Position numbers and translations under genes: made by a program. 64,000 bases of DNA from Caecitellus pseudoparvulus (Eukaryota; Protista; Bigyra: Bicosoecida): contig CBFFRQ010000089.1 of the NCBI GenBank assembly GCA_965644315.1, positions 558,001-622,000 on the forward strand, in the 5' to 3' direction. This document shows positions 39,210-50,416 of the stretch, one piece after another; position 1 is the first letter of the stretch, and the number at the start of each line of letters is the position of its first letter. The notes beneath the pieces were generated by a model. It made no database searches and had not been told where the DNA came from. It was given only the letters and a program-made list of their open reading frames with translations.

Positions 39210-40530
39210 ATGAACCAAGATGAACTCATTTGGGAGATAATTTACTATGGGCAGTGCTCCTTCAAGGCAAAGTGCGTGTTGGCGCTCATGCCCTGTCAAA
39301 CTGTGCACCCCGGAACACGCAGCCGCAACTTTGCGCCCCTTCCAGGCTGCCGGAAGGCGAAACCTTCTGTCGAAACCCATACAATGTGACAGGACAGTGC
39401 AATAGGTCAGCATGCCCGCTGGCCAACAGTCGATATGCCACTCTTCGCGAGGATGGAGGTGTGTAGTGGCTGGTGCCGGCGCCGCAATTCCGCACTTGCT
39501 GCACGTTGGGTGTCTGCTCTCTTCAGGCCGCATTTACCTCTACGTCAAGACCCCGGAGAGGGCGCACACGCCAAAGTTTCTGTGGGAGCGCATCAAGCTC
39601 AGCAAGAACTACACAAAGGCCCTGGAGCAGGTGGACAAGGAGCTGGCGTACTTCCCCAAGTTCCTTGTCCACCGCAACAAGCAACGCTTGACAAAAATCT
39701 ACCAGTACCTCGTCCGCTCACGAAAGTTGAGCAAGAAGGTCAAGCCCAAGCTTGTGCATGTGAACCCTAAGGTTGCTCGCCGAGAGCGGAAGCGGGAGGC
39801 AAAGGCTCTCAAGGCTGCCAAGTTGGAGCGTAGCATCGAGACTGAGCTTCTGGAGCGGCTCAAGTCTGACATGTACGGAGACATTTACAACTTCCCTTCT
39901 GCATCTTTCAACGAGGCTCTGGATGAGGCGGAGGGCGAGGAGGAAGGAGTCGCGGAGAGCGAGGAAGAAGAGGATGAGGAGGAGCCTGAGCGAGAGTTCG
40001 TCGAGGTGCGTGTTTGTGTCGGTGCCCGTGCCTTTCGTTCAAAGGATGATCTCCTGTGGTTTTGAATGTTAACAAACTTGAAAACAACCTTGTACTGAGT
40101 TTCTGACGAACGTTGCCTTTTCGGCAAAGTGCCTCTTGCTGAGTGCGACTTGTGAACGACTTTGCATTCATCCTGAACTCTGTCCCCGCAGGACTTTGAA
40201 TGGGAGGAAGAGGACGATGAAGAGGAGGACATGGAGGACATGTCCACCAACTTGGGCGGGCTGGGGGCATCAGCTGGGGGTGCTGCCCTGGGCGGCTCAG
40301 TCTTCGACGCTGTGGGTGGAGCCAAGCGAGGGCGAGACACACCAAAGAAGAGCGTGTCGTTCGGGGAGAGTGCTGCGGCAGGCGCGGGTGGCAGTGAAGA
40401 CACCGCCACACAGCAGCCTGCAGGGTCGGCTAAGCGCAGACGGAGGCGCAAGCACATTTCGCTGGGCGCCCCGGAGCCCGTTGTGGAGGTCGAGTACGAG
40501 GCGGAAGAAGACCGTGCTCTGGCCAAGTAG
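39210..40530 (+). CDS. MAK16: Ribosome biogenesis protein MAK16 (3 introns)
   Basis: [68 protein letters not shown]. Introns 39272-39345, 39459-39526, 40006-40191. Confidence 0.95.
40036..40112 (+). ncRNA. Candidate intronic box C/D snoRNA
   Basis: Terminal stem CGTTC/GAACG, C-box variant AGGATGA (40043-40049), D box CTGA (40103-40106). Lies in the longest intron of the window. Confidence 0.6.
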
Positions 40531-40664
40531 TGGTTCGGGTGGTCAAGCCCGTCGTGGTGGTCATGTAATGTTTGTTTTCATCAGGCCTGCTTGTACATGC
40601 GGTGTGCAGCTCCGGGGCATGCACCCAGCTCCGGCGCAGCTTTTCAATGAATGTTGTTTGCATT

Positions 40665-41394
40665 TCAGCGGGCCTCCGATTCCGACATCAACGCTTCCAC
40701 CGTCCCTGGCTCACTCTGCACACGCAAAGCGCTCTTCTGCTTCATGAAACGTGGGACAAAGTCGTGCTTGTACCCTTGCATCCAAGGCAATAGAGGCCTG
40801 CCATTCGGGATGGACCCTCGAATGCGCATGCGCCCGCGCTCCATGCCCCAGTACATGCCCATGGAGAAGAAGCACAGTGCAGAGGCGGCAGCAACCGTGG
40901 ACACCTTGGTGTACCGGAAGTAGTTGTTGGACACTAAGGACAGGAGCGAGCCGAGGTGTGGAAGCACGCACGCCAAACGCCGGTCCAGGCACGAAAGTAC
41001 TCACAAGCGCCTGCAGCGACGGCATATCCGGCAGCACCCATGACGAACGCCCTGCAGAATTCATAGTCATTCATGAGCGCGACGCGGTTCCGAAAGCAGT
41101 CAGGAACCGCCAGTGGCTGTCACAGTGAGGGAAGAGGGGACGCGTGCTGGTGTGCGGAAATCCAGGGCACTGGCAGCTGGGGGCTCAACATGCAGCCAGG
41201 CTGCTTGACCCAGCACGCACCTCCCAGACAGGCCCAACGGGGAAGTACCGCTGGGCAGATGGCTTGCCAGTCGCCCACTCTGAGAACCTGCGCTTCTGGC
41301 CGACCACTGCATCGTACTGCTGCGCAATGGCCCATTTGTCCTTGAGCTCCTGGTGAGCCTCCTCTTGCTCTTGGATGAGAGCAGGGTCTGCCAT
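40665..41394 (-). CDS. Probable mitochondrial complex I accessory subunit (NUXM / 20.9 kDa / MNLL-like), 2 introns
   Basis: Introns 41117-41220 and 40934-41004 give an open frame with two hydrophobic segments followed by YWGMERGRMRIRGSIPN, similar to the family motif YQxSxxRLxGxxPN. Confidence 0.6.
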
Positions 41395-41770
41395 GCCGAC
41401 AAGACAACCTTTCTACAAACAAGTGCACCTGGCTGTTGGAGCTGCTGAGCGGGCGGCTACACCTGCTGCCTGGCTTCAGCGGAAATTGAGACTCCGCGGC
41501 AGCCTTGGCTATTGCACTCTGAGCTCAGCAACGACTGCCACGTAGAGAGCAGAGTGCTGTACATGTGGGTGAAGAGTGTGTTGTTTGTTTTGCCTTTGAC
41601 CCCATGAGGCACCTCGGCCTGCCCCTGAAGCATATCCCGCGGCAGTGGCATAATTCAGACTGTCCGCTCCTCACACGGCTCCGCTCTGCAGCACCTGCTA
41701 AGGCGGGCCCTGAGACTCGCTCCTCCGAACGACACCAGAAGACACTTGGACCTCCACTGGGCCGGGAACC

Positions 41771-43287
41771 ATGAGTGGCTTTGCCAGCCCCGCACTTGCC
41801 AAGCAAGACCACACACTGGCAGGGGCCATTCGCAGCGACTTGCTGGCGCCGTCGGACATGAAGTACCCTGCCAGCTACGCGCACACGGAGCCGCTCACAA
41901 CTCCGCACACGGTGACTGTTCTGGCCGCAACAGTTGTCTTGCTGTACTACGTGTCATTTTCAGACTCTGAAGCGAACTCCACGGCAAGGAATGTCCAATT
42001 GTGCGTTTCGCGTGTAACTCCAGTGAAGCAAGCTTGCCATGCTCCGTGCCTGGGACGACGACGCTGCGCTCTCTGACACCGCAGGGGTCTCTTGGCATGT
42101 GGGTTCTTCATCACGGTTTTCTGCGCCGAGCACCTGCGCGACACGCTGCTGTTGCGCCCACACCCAGCCTTCTGGCGTTGGGTGCTGGGTTGCGGGCTGC
42201 TTTACGCTGCGGCCATGGCCTTCGCACTGTTCCAGTCCATAGATGATCTGCGGAGCTGGGTGCGATTCCTGGATCCAGATCATATCAGCGGGTCGGATCC
42301 TCTTGCGGAGAAGTCGTGCGTGCAAGCGGCTGCGAACTGTTGGCTTGTCTAGTACGCTCCTCAACCTGTGCTCTCTGGCAGGTACGGAGAAGATTGCTCA
42401 TTCACGTGGGCAAACTTGGTGGGCACTATGGATGAGTTCGTCCTCGCCCATGCACTGGGATGGTACGCAAAGGCTCTCATGTTCAGAGATGTCTGGCTGG
42501 CCCTTGCTGCTTCGTTTCTGTTTGAGATGCTGGAGTACACCTTCGAGTCCTACTTGCCAAACTTCATTGAATGCTGGTGGGATCACCTCTTGCTTGACTT
42601 CCTTGGATGCAATGCCATTGGCCTCGTTGCAGGTCACCTCACCATGCGCTACCTCCAGAGCAAGGAGTACAATTGGGGGGGGATTCGACAAATCAACTCC
42701 GTGTCCGCCGCAGTGCAGCGAAGTGTCGCGCAGTTCACCCCCCATTCTTGGACAGTATTCCAATGGGCAATGTTTACTGATGTTCGGCGCTTCTTGTCCA
42801 TCATTCTCCTTCTCGTAGTCACCATGCAGTGCGAGATGAATGCCTTCTTCCTGAAAGCCCTGCTGTGGATACCGCCTCCCTCTTACGTGAACGTGAGTCC
42901 CCCGTGCCCTTGCTGCGTCACGCTTCTCGCTTCAAGTGCTATGAGTCCCGTCCTTCCTTTTGGCAGGTCCTTCGCTTGGTGCTGTACTGGCTTGTAGGCT
43001 GTGTGGGCTTCAGGGACGCTTACCACTTCCTCAGTGACTCCTCTGTGAAGCGCCTTGGCACTGGAGGCTGGGTCGGGCTTGCCATGGTGTCCTTGGAAAC
43101 CCTTGTCGTGGTTAAGTTTGGGCGTGTGGAGTTTGCCGACAAGCAACTCCCATCGTCAGTAATCTTGACATGGCTCACTGTGCTAGGCATGTTCTTGGGA
43201 GCCAGCGTGTGGTGGTTCACCGTTGGTCTGCCTGCCCGCAAGGCAGCTCTGTCCCCCTCGTCAGACGACAAGGAGCACACAGAGTAG
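41771..43287 (+). CDS. PTDSS: Base-exchange phosphatidylserine synthase (PTDSS family), 3 introns
   Basis: RPHPAFWR, DEFVLAHALGWYAKALMFRD, FEMLEY, LPNFIECWWDH..LD...CN, EMNAFFLK. Introns 42001-42084, 42316-42381, 42893-42966. Confidence 0.94.
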
Positions 43288-43308
43288 TCACCAATGCTCC
43301 AAATGCAT

Positions 43309-46202
43309 TCATCGTTTGCTTTTCTTGCCTTTCTTGCTCTTCTTGCCCTTCTTGCCGGCTTTGGACTTCTTGACTTGTTCTGCTTCCAAGTCTGCCTTTG
43401 CCTGAGCCATGGCAGCTGCTATCAGCCCGGGGTCCACAGCAGGTGTGGCATCGGGACTTGCTGCAGCTGCTTGAGCCGCCCCAACAGCACCTTTGATGTT
43501 GCTATTGTCTGCAAATGGGCCTTCACCTTCAGCCATGCCACCTCGCATCTCCCCACCCTCCACCGTGCCCTCCTCATCCTCATCCTCATCGTCAAGGAAG
43601 CCCCCCAAGTCAGCCGATGCACCAGGCACAAAGCTGTCAACGGCATCCTCACCAGAACCAGACGCCTCCGCCCCTGTGCTGGTCTCACCTTCAGCCATGC
43701 CACCTCGCTTCTCCCCACCCTCCACCGTGCCCTCCTCATCCTCATCGTCATCGTCAAGGAAGCCCCCCAAGTCAGCCGATGCACCAGGCACAAAGCTGTC
43801 AACGGCATCCTCACCAGAACCAGACGCCTCCGCCCCTGTGCTGGTCTCACCTTCAGCCATGCCACCTCGCTTCTCCCCACCCTCCACCGTGCCCTCCTCA
43901 TCCTCATCGTCATCGTCAAGGAAGCCCCCCAAGTCAGCCGATGCACCAGGCACAAAGCTGTCAACGGCATCCTCACCAGAACCAGACGCCTCCGCCCCTG
44001 TGCTGGTCTCACCTTCAGCCATGCCACCTCGCTTCTCCCCACCCTCCACCGTGCCCTCCTCATCCTCATCCTCATCGTCAAGGAAGCCCCCCAAGTCAGC
44101 CGATGCACCAGGCACAAAGCTGTCAACGGCATCCTCACCAGAACCAGACGCCTCCGCCCCTGTGCTGGTCTCACCTTCAGCCATGCCACCTCGCTTCTCC
44201 CCACCCTCCACAGTGCCCTCCTCATCCTCATCCTCATCGTCAAGGAAGCCCCCCAAGTCAGCCGATGCACCAGGCACAAAGCTGTCAACGGCATCCTCAC
44301 CAGAACCAGACGCCTCTATCTTCGCACTCGACAACTTGCTATCGGAGGGGATCGGCGTTGCAGGCGATGACATTCCTTCTGCACTGGCCCCGAACATGCT
44401 CCCTATGGCAGCAGTGTTGGCACTCATGGTGTCAGTCGGCGCATCTCCCGCGGACTTGCCCGATTCTTTGGAAGCAGAATCCTCGTGAGCTGTGGCAGTT
44501 GGTTCCATACTCGAAGCACGCGCAGCCCGTGCAGGAGCCAGGGCCGTGCTTTTCGGGGCAGCCTCTTCCTCACTTGAGCTTGCAGAGGTATCTTGGCTGC
44601 TTTTTCGGGATGACGACTTGTGTTTACGCCTGGAGCTCTTCTTCTTCTTCTTCGAGGCAGGCACCGAAGGCTTGGCTGCTGCCTTTACAGCAGCCGTGTC
44701 CTCCTCGTCAGACGAAAAGAAGGAGTCCAGGTCCTGACGACGGCCCGAGGAGAATTCTTCTACACTCTTGACTTGCTTGCCTGACGTTGGTTGCAAGGGC
44801 GCTACGGCGCCGAACATCGTCGTCTGCGGCGGCTCCATTGCAGCATGTTGCTGTTTGCTCTTTCGAGTGGACTTTGCCTTCTTGGCCTTTTTCGACGACT
44901 TGCTCGCGGTGGGGGCTTGTTCAGGCGCACCGACACCTGCGACAGCTTCCAACTCTTGGGCCAAGTCTTTTGGGCTGGCCGAGTCTTCCTCTGCCCTACG
45001 AGCTTGGTCCTCCGCAGCTTGCCTGACGAACTCGTTGGGGGTCCCTTGCGCAGCTACTTCAAGGGTGCCTGGTGGCACTGTAGACTGCACTGGCAGCGAA
45101 GCCATGGCAGGGGAAGGGACGAATGGGTCTCGACTTAGGGGGGCATCAATACTCGAGTCTGGCGATGGTTTTGACGTGGCTGTGAGCCATGCAGTGTAGG
45201 AATCGTAGTCCTGGGCTTCTACGTAAGTTGACACCTCATCCCTGGTGGTGGCCAAGTCCTCCTTCAGCTCCTTCAACTGACGGAGCATGGTGCTGACTTT
45301 GAGCTCCAGGAAGGGCAAATTCAGGTAGTGGTACAGCACCTTCAGCCCGAAACAGTTCTTCAAGGAGCACTCAAAAGCCTGGGCGCGGCGACCGCCCATT
45401 GGACGGGCACGAGCACGGCAAGCCTCCGATGCCAGGTCCTCGGCTGCATGCAGAGGTACCTTCCGCTGGCTGTCCGGCAGGTCGCGCTTGTTCCCAAGGA
45501 TAAGCACCGGCAAGTCAGTGGGCACGGTCAACAGCCCAGCACGTACGTACTCCAACGACTCTGGCTGGGAGACGTCATACACGAACATGACTCCGTGAGC
45601 GCCACTGTAGACGTCCACATTATCGGCTACACAGGCCGCAACAGCATGCGCCCCGGGGGCTGCAGCAGAACCACTGCCAGGCAAGCCCGCAGGCATGTCG
45701 TCGGCCACGATGGGCATAGGCGCATCCTCCTCATCCTCTGGGAGTCGATCAACGACATCCCAGACGTCGACGTTGATGATGTCTGTCGATGTCTTGTAGC
45801 TCCAGTTGATATTGGCAGTGTCGATCTCTCGAGTGGGTGTGTAGTGTGGGTCGAAGGCTTCACCTCGCAGCCTGCGCACCAGCATGCTCTTGCCGACACC
45901 CCTTGCCCCTCGCACGACGATTTTCACTGTGTTGCAGAAAGGGCAGAAGCAGTGTACGAATGAAAGCATGCAGCACACGTTGGATACTGCAAAAGGCCGC
46001 CCCCCGTCGCAGAATCCAAGCCCAAACGTCGTGGGTGTGAAGTGCACTGCACCTACGATTCGCATGCTTCACGCCACTCACTGTTGTACGAGGCTCCTTT
46101 CCGCATTTTCTGCTGAAGTGCTGGATCGGAAACAGCCTTTACAGGCCTGGCTGTGCTACCGCGCCGGAGGCGGCCAGCCAGAGTGGACCTCTCATTGCCC
46201 AT
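43309..46202 (-). CDS. RABL6: Rab-like protein 6 (RABL6/RBEL1), 1 intron
   Basis: Intron 45927-46081 joins LQQKMRKGASYN-MKIVVRGARGVGKS; also INWSYK..DIINVDVWDVVD, LGNKRD, SLKNCFGLKVLYHYLNLPFLEL. Confidence 0.92.
43523..44316. repeat. Coding tandem repeat, 162-bp unit, about 4.9 near-identical copies (54 aa) in RABL6
   Basis: CACCTTCAGCCATGCCACC recurs at 43524, 43686, 43848, 44010 and 44172. Confidence 0.97.
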
Positions 46203-46460
46203 GGCGCTGGTGTCTGCGCTGGAGCCTGGCAAACGTCCTTGCTCTCCAAGCAGACTGCCCTCGGTCAATCTGCACAGTGCAAGGAGCGAAGCCTGCGGCA
46301 CCGCTTGCACATGAGAGAGGGCTGCTCTGCTGCTACTGAGGCTGGCACAATATGATTGTGCAGCGTTCATGTGAGGGGTTGCTCTGGTGTCGTCTTGGAT
46401 ACTGCCAAGCAATGCATTGTTTTGAACAGCAAGCCTGAGCAACAATGACACTTACAAGCG

Positions 46461-47391
46461 CTACACAGAAGCAGGGGTGGCTTGGGTAGCTGCCTCCAGG
46501 CGCTCCAACTGCTTGCTCACCTTTAGCAAGGCATCTGCCACAGCTGGAGAAGACAGGCTTGTCTTGGCAGCCCCAGCGGCTGCGGCTCCGCCGGGAATGC
46601 CATTGTACGACACAGACCCGCCTTGTGCGCCACCTTCCATTTCCTCCATGAGCAAGAGGTCTCTGGGGTTGGCTTTGCCCATCAGCGAGCGACGCGCAGC
46701 AAGCACGCGGTTCCGGAAGCCGTCCGGGTCTTCGATGCACAGCACAATGAGCTCTGCTGCCTTCCCACCAGATGATCCAGCAGACTGGATTTCCATCTTG
46801 AAGTGGGTCGTGCCAGGGGCGCTCCAGGCGCAGAGGTTGGCCAGCCAGTTGTCAGAGAGCGCAACGTCTTGGATGCGGTCCAGGGGAATCACTCGAAGCG
46901 TGCTTCGGTAGCAGCAGCAGCCCAGAGAGTAGAAGTACCGGATCAAGTACACATGGTTCTTGGTCAAGTGTGCGACTGTGCGCACAGCCTCTTCGTCGCG
47001 GGACCGGCGGCAGCCCTGCCAGTACAGCACAGGCACGATCAACATGATGAAGAGGCCGACTGCCACCAGCCCCAGGGCAGTGGGCGGGTGCTCGGCGACG
47101 CGGGCACCCGTGAGGATCGTGATACCGCCGATAAATGCAGAGCTGCCGAGGCACACACAGGTGCGGTAGGAGGAGTATGCACCGAGGTGCATGTGAGCTG
47201 TGCGGAGAGCGACCAACGCTGGTGTGGCCTGCACAGGGGCAAACTTGACTCGCTTGCCACCAACCTGATGTGAGGATGCGCTCGCCATCAAGGACAGCAC
47301 GCTCTTCTCCAGCTTGCAAGATAGCCATTTCAATGTCTCCCACGCCTGCTCCCTCTTCAGCGATCACGGAAGAGGCGATGGTTGCGGCCAT
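46461..47391 (-). CDS. Two-TM protein with bacterial-type PH (bPH_2/DUF304-like) domain, 1 intron
   Basis: Intron 47198-47264; two hydrophobic helices; IPLDRIQDVAL, MEIQSAG and IEDPDGFRNRVL are typical of bPH_2. Confidence 0.7.
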
Positions 47392-47544
47392 GGTGAGGGT
47401 GAAACTTCAGGGAAACTCCTCGGGAGGCGGCGCCGCTCGTTGCGAACTGGCTCAACTGCTCGACACAGGCCATGCATGCGGCATGGTCTTGCATTCCAGG
47501 AAAAAGTGGGGCCCTACTGAGCGTCGTGAATTGCAGTTAGTACG

Positions 47545-50277
47545 TCACTGCCTCCCTGCGGCTCCCGGCCCTGGCATGTCCAGGTGGGCAGCGAAGAAGT
47601 CGGCGCTGCGTTTTGCGATGAGCGGGCGAGCTCCACGCGCGCCATGCCGCTCCGATGGGAGAATAATGGAGTCGAAAGGGATGCCAGCAGACAGAAGTTT
47701 TGCGCTCAGCCGCGCTGTGTGCCGGAAGTGCACATTCTCATCCAGCATGCCATGAATGAGGAGGAGGTGCGGCTTGTTGTCAGTCTCTAAAACTGTCTGA
47801 ATGTGGGCTTCCACAGAGCTCTTCCTGTAAGCTTCCTGAACTTCATCATCTGGTGATGATGCAGCTGCCTCTGGAGCAGGAATGCCCATGAAGCGCTCTG
47901 TGTAGCCAGAATCGTACAGCTGCCAGTGCGTGACTGGAGCGCCAGCAACGGCAGCTCGAAACAACGACGGGTGCTGCATCGCGCACATGAGAGACATGTA
48001 GCCACCATACGACCAACCTGTAACTCCCACGCCAGACTTCGCAATGATGCCCCTGTCCATGAGCCACTCCACTGCAGCGCGCTGGTCCTGCACCTCTGGC
48101 CCACCCATGTTCTTGTGCACGGCCGCCTCGAAGAGCACGCCCCGGCCTTGAGACCCCCTGTTGTCCACTCTCACAACGGCATACCCTGCCAATAACAACT
48201 GGGTGACGTTGGCGTCCCCTCCCATGAATGGCCAGGACATTTGCACGTACTGGATGTGGGGACCACCGTACACCGACACGACAGCGGTGGGTGGGCTGGG
48301 CCCAACCGGCGAACCTTTCGGCAACCAGTACGCTCCAATGAGCGTATGCTGCCCAGATTCAATGGGCAGGGCAAACAGCTGTGGCGGGGGGAGGCCAGCT
48401 GACACTAATGGCATCGCGCCGCTCTGCTTCACTTTGCCAAACGGAACAGGCTTGCCTGTCAGGTCTGCGGGTCGAAAGGCAAGGGAGACGGCTGGCCTGC
48501 TGCACATGCTGCTGCTTTCATAGGCCACCCATCGGCCATGGGCACCGTCAATCGTGCAGGCGTGGGGCGCCACTCGGGAGATGTGGCAGCCGGCAACGGA
48601 CACCTCAGCCTCGGCGACCATGCCGAGTCCCCACAGCTCCATGTCGCGGCCCCACGCAGTGACGCTCTCATTGAACCAGCTAGCGAAGTTGGGAGGACGC
48701 CCAGAGGGCCCGCCCTCGTCCTTGACACTACTTCCGTCCAACCCCACGACGAACGGCGTGCGCTCCACGGGGCTCTTTGCGTTGGCAGTGATGAACACCA
48801 AGCCAGCTCCTGCATCAACACGGTCAAGGGACGTTACCGAAAAGGTCCCTTGAGTAAGAGGGTGCACTTCTCTTGCCGTGCCGCCCTCCACTTCCCACAC
48901 TGGCACTGGGCATCCAGCTGGCTGTGGCAGGGCTGCCTGTCGTCCTACCTCAAAAGGGGGAATAGCAGGCGGCTCAGCCTGAGGGGTGTACTCGTACAGG
49001 TATAAGTGGCTGTGCCCACTGCGCTCAGATGTCCAAATCAGCTGCAGCGGCGCGGATGGGGCGGCGGCACCCCCATCATCCCCGGTTGTGGCTCCCAGCA
49101 CTGGGCCCCAACTGTCAAAGCAAGAGTCAACCCAGTGAGTCGCTGCCTCATGAATCAAGAGCTGTGGCTGTCCACATGCACCCTCATGTGATGTGGGGCA
49201 GGGGATGCGAAGGAGGTGCCGCTGGTTTTGCGACCTGTTCACGAAGATAGCAAGCAGGCCAGAAGCAGCGTCCCAGGCTGCACGGGCAAGGTACCAGTCC
49301 ATGTGGCCATACACGTCAATCGGAGGAGAACACGAAACTGACCCTTTTACCGCGCCTGCTGCCTGCTGTACATCGGCCGGGGACACCCCTGCGCACTGCA
49401 GATCGGCGAGCGCAGATAGCGGCATCATGTGCAGAGAAATGTGGGGATTGGCCTTCCCAGGAAAGGGGTACTTGTGCACTTCCTTAGCATAAGGATCGTC
49501 AGTGTGCTGGTGGCGGATGGTGAAGTCTGGGATGTGGGCGTCGCTGGTGCGCTGGTAAGCCAGCCAGCGGCAGTCTTCGGAAATCCAGAAGCCCTTGAAG
49601 CGCTCAAAGGACTCCTGCGCCAAGTAGTCAACTTCCCCCTGCTTGAATGGGGCAGAGGTTCCAGCGCTTTCCCAGGCACCCTGAGTCAGGCGAACGCAAA
49701 CATGCCCATTGCACACCTGCCACGTCCCGCCGGATCCACCTGCTTCGTCCTGCGCCGAGGCCTCAGCGCACACAGCCCGAGATGAGACCGCCAAGACCTC
49801 CCCATCTTGGACAAACAGCACCCACTCACCACTTGGAGCCCACTGTGACTCCATGGCAGGCCCCGTTAATCCCCCACGCAGGTGGTCGTAGGCTTTCGTC
49901 ACCTTCCAATGCTCTGGCGCTGCACTTCCAGGGGATGGAGCCTCAGCAATGAAGAGGTCTCCACCGTGGGGAATGAGCAACAAGGAAGCTGTTGCATCAG
50001 CCGGACTCCATTCAAATGAAGACAGCCCTGATATCAAGTTTCGAGTGCGTTCCCTCTTGAGCTGCTCCTCCAAAGACAACTCTGCCTGGGCGTGGTGGCT
50101 TTCAATATCCGCAGCAGATATCACAGTGGACATGCGCAGCGGTCCATCTTCCCCAGTTGCTGCGGCCGGCAACGAGACAGCTCCAAGTGTGGCCACACCT
50201 TTAGAGTCTGGGAGCAGCCCGGCGAGCCACCGCGAGTCGGCGCTAAATGCAACTCTGGTTGGGGCTGGAGCTGCCAT
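47545..50277 (-). CDS. Dipeptidyl peptidase IV family (S9B), DPP8/9-like, no signal peptide
   Basis: YPFPGKANP, VYGGPHIQ, DNRGS..RG, nucleophile GWSYGG, YDSGYTERFMG, HGMLDENVHFRH, ERH. Confidence 0.92.
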   Translation of the reverse strand: MAAPAPTRVAFSADSRWLAGLLPDSKGVATLGAVSLPAAATGEDGPLRMSTVISAADIESHHAQAELSLEEQLKRERTRNLISGLSSFEWSPADATASLLLIPHGGDLFIAEAPSPGSAAPEHWKVTKAYDHLRGGLTGPAMESQWAPSGEWVLFVQDGEVLAVSSRAVCAEASAQDEAGGSGGTWQVCNGHVCVRLTQGAWESAGTSAPFKQGEVDYLAQESFERFKGFWISEDCRWLAYQRTSDAHIPDFTIRHQHTDDPYAKEVHKYPFPGKANPHISLHMMPLSALADLQCAGVSPADVQQAAGAVKGSVSCSPPIDVYGHMDWYLARAAWDAASGLLAIFVNRSQNQRHLLRIPCPTSHEGACGQPQLLIHEAATHWVDSCFDSWGPVLGATTGDDGGAAAPSAPLQLIWTSERSGHSHLYLYEYTPQAEPPAIPPFEVGRQAALPQPAGCPVPVWEVEGGTAREVHPLTQGTFSVTSLDRVDAGAGLVFITANAKSPVERTPFVVGLDGSSVKDEGGPSGRPPNFASWFNESVTAWGRDMELWGLGMVAEAEVSVAGCHISRVAPHACTIDGAHGRWVAYESSSMCSRPAVSLAFRPADLTGKPVPFGKVKQSGAMPLVSAGLPPPQLFALPIESGQHTLIGAYWLPKGSPVGPSPPTAVVSVYGGPHIQYVQMSWPFMGGDANVTQLLLAGYAVVRVDNRGSQGRGVLFEAAVHKNMGGPEVQDQRAAVEWLMDRGIIAKSGVGVTGWSYGGYMSLMCAMQHPSLFRAAVAGAPVTHWQLYDSGYTERFMGIPAPEAAASSPDDEVQEAYRKSSVEAHIQTVLETDNKPHLLLIHGMLDENVHFRHTARLSAKLLSAGIPFDSIILPSERHGARGARPLIAKRSADFFAAHLDMPGPGAAGRQ

Positions 50278-50416
50278 AGGTGCGAGCTGATTGCGTACGC
50301 TGCGAGAGTGGACAGCAAGTCGCGGCAGGGCGCCGGCAAGTGCAGGTGGGATGTGCAAATTATTCAGGCAGAGTGGTAATTGGTGGGTCTCAGCGACCTG
50401 TGTGTCTGTGGGGCTG

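Noticed and set aside
21216-43287. Phospholipid-metabolism gene cluster (acyltransferase, PLD, PS synthase)
   Set aside because: PS synthase is about 13 kb from PLD with unrelated genes between; chance proximity cannot be excluded.
43294-44771. Several long ORFs over the 162-bp repeat; possible CRISPR-like array
   Set aside because: A stop-free unit repeated in tandem keeps several frames open. There are no unique spacers, and only the RABL6 frame has homology.
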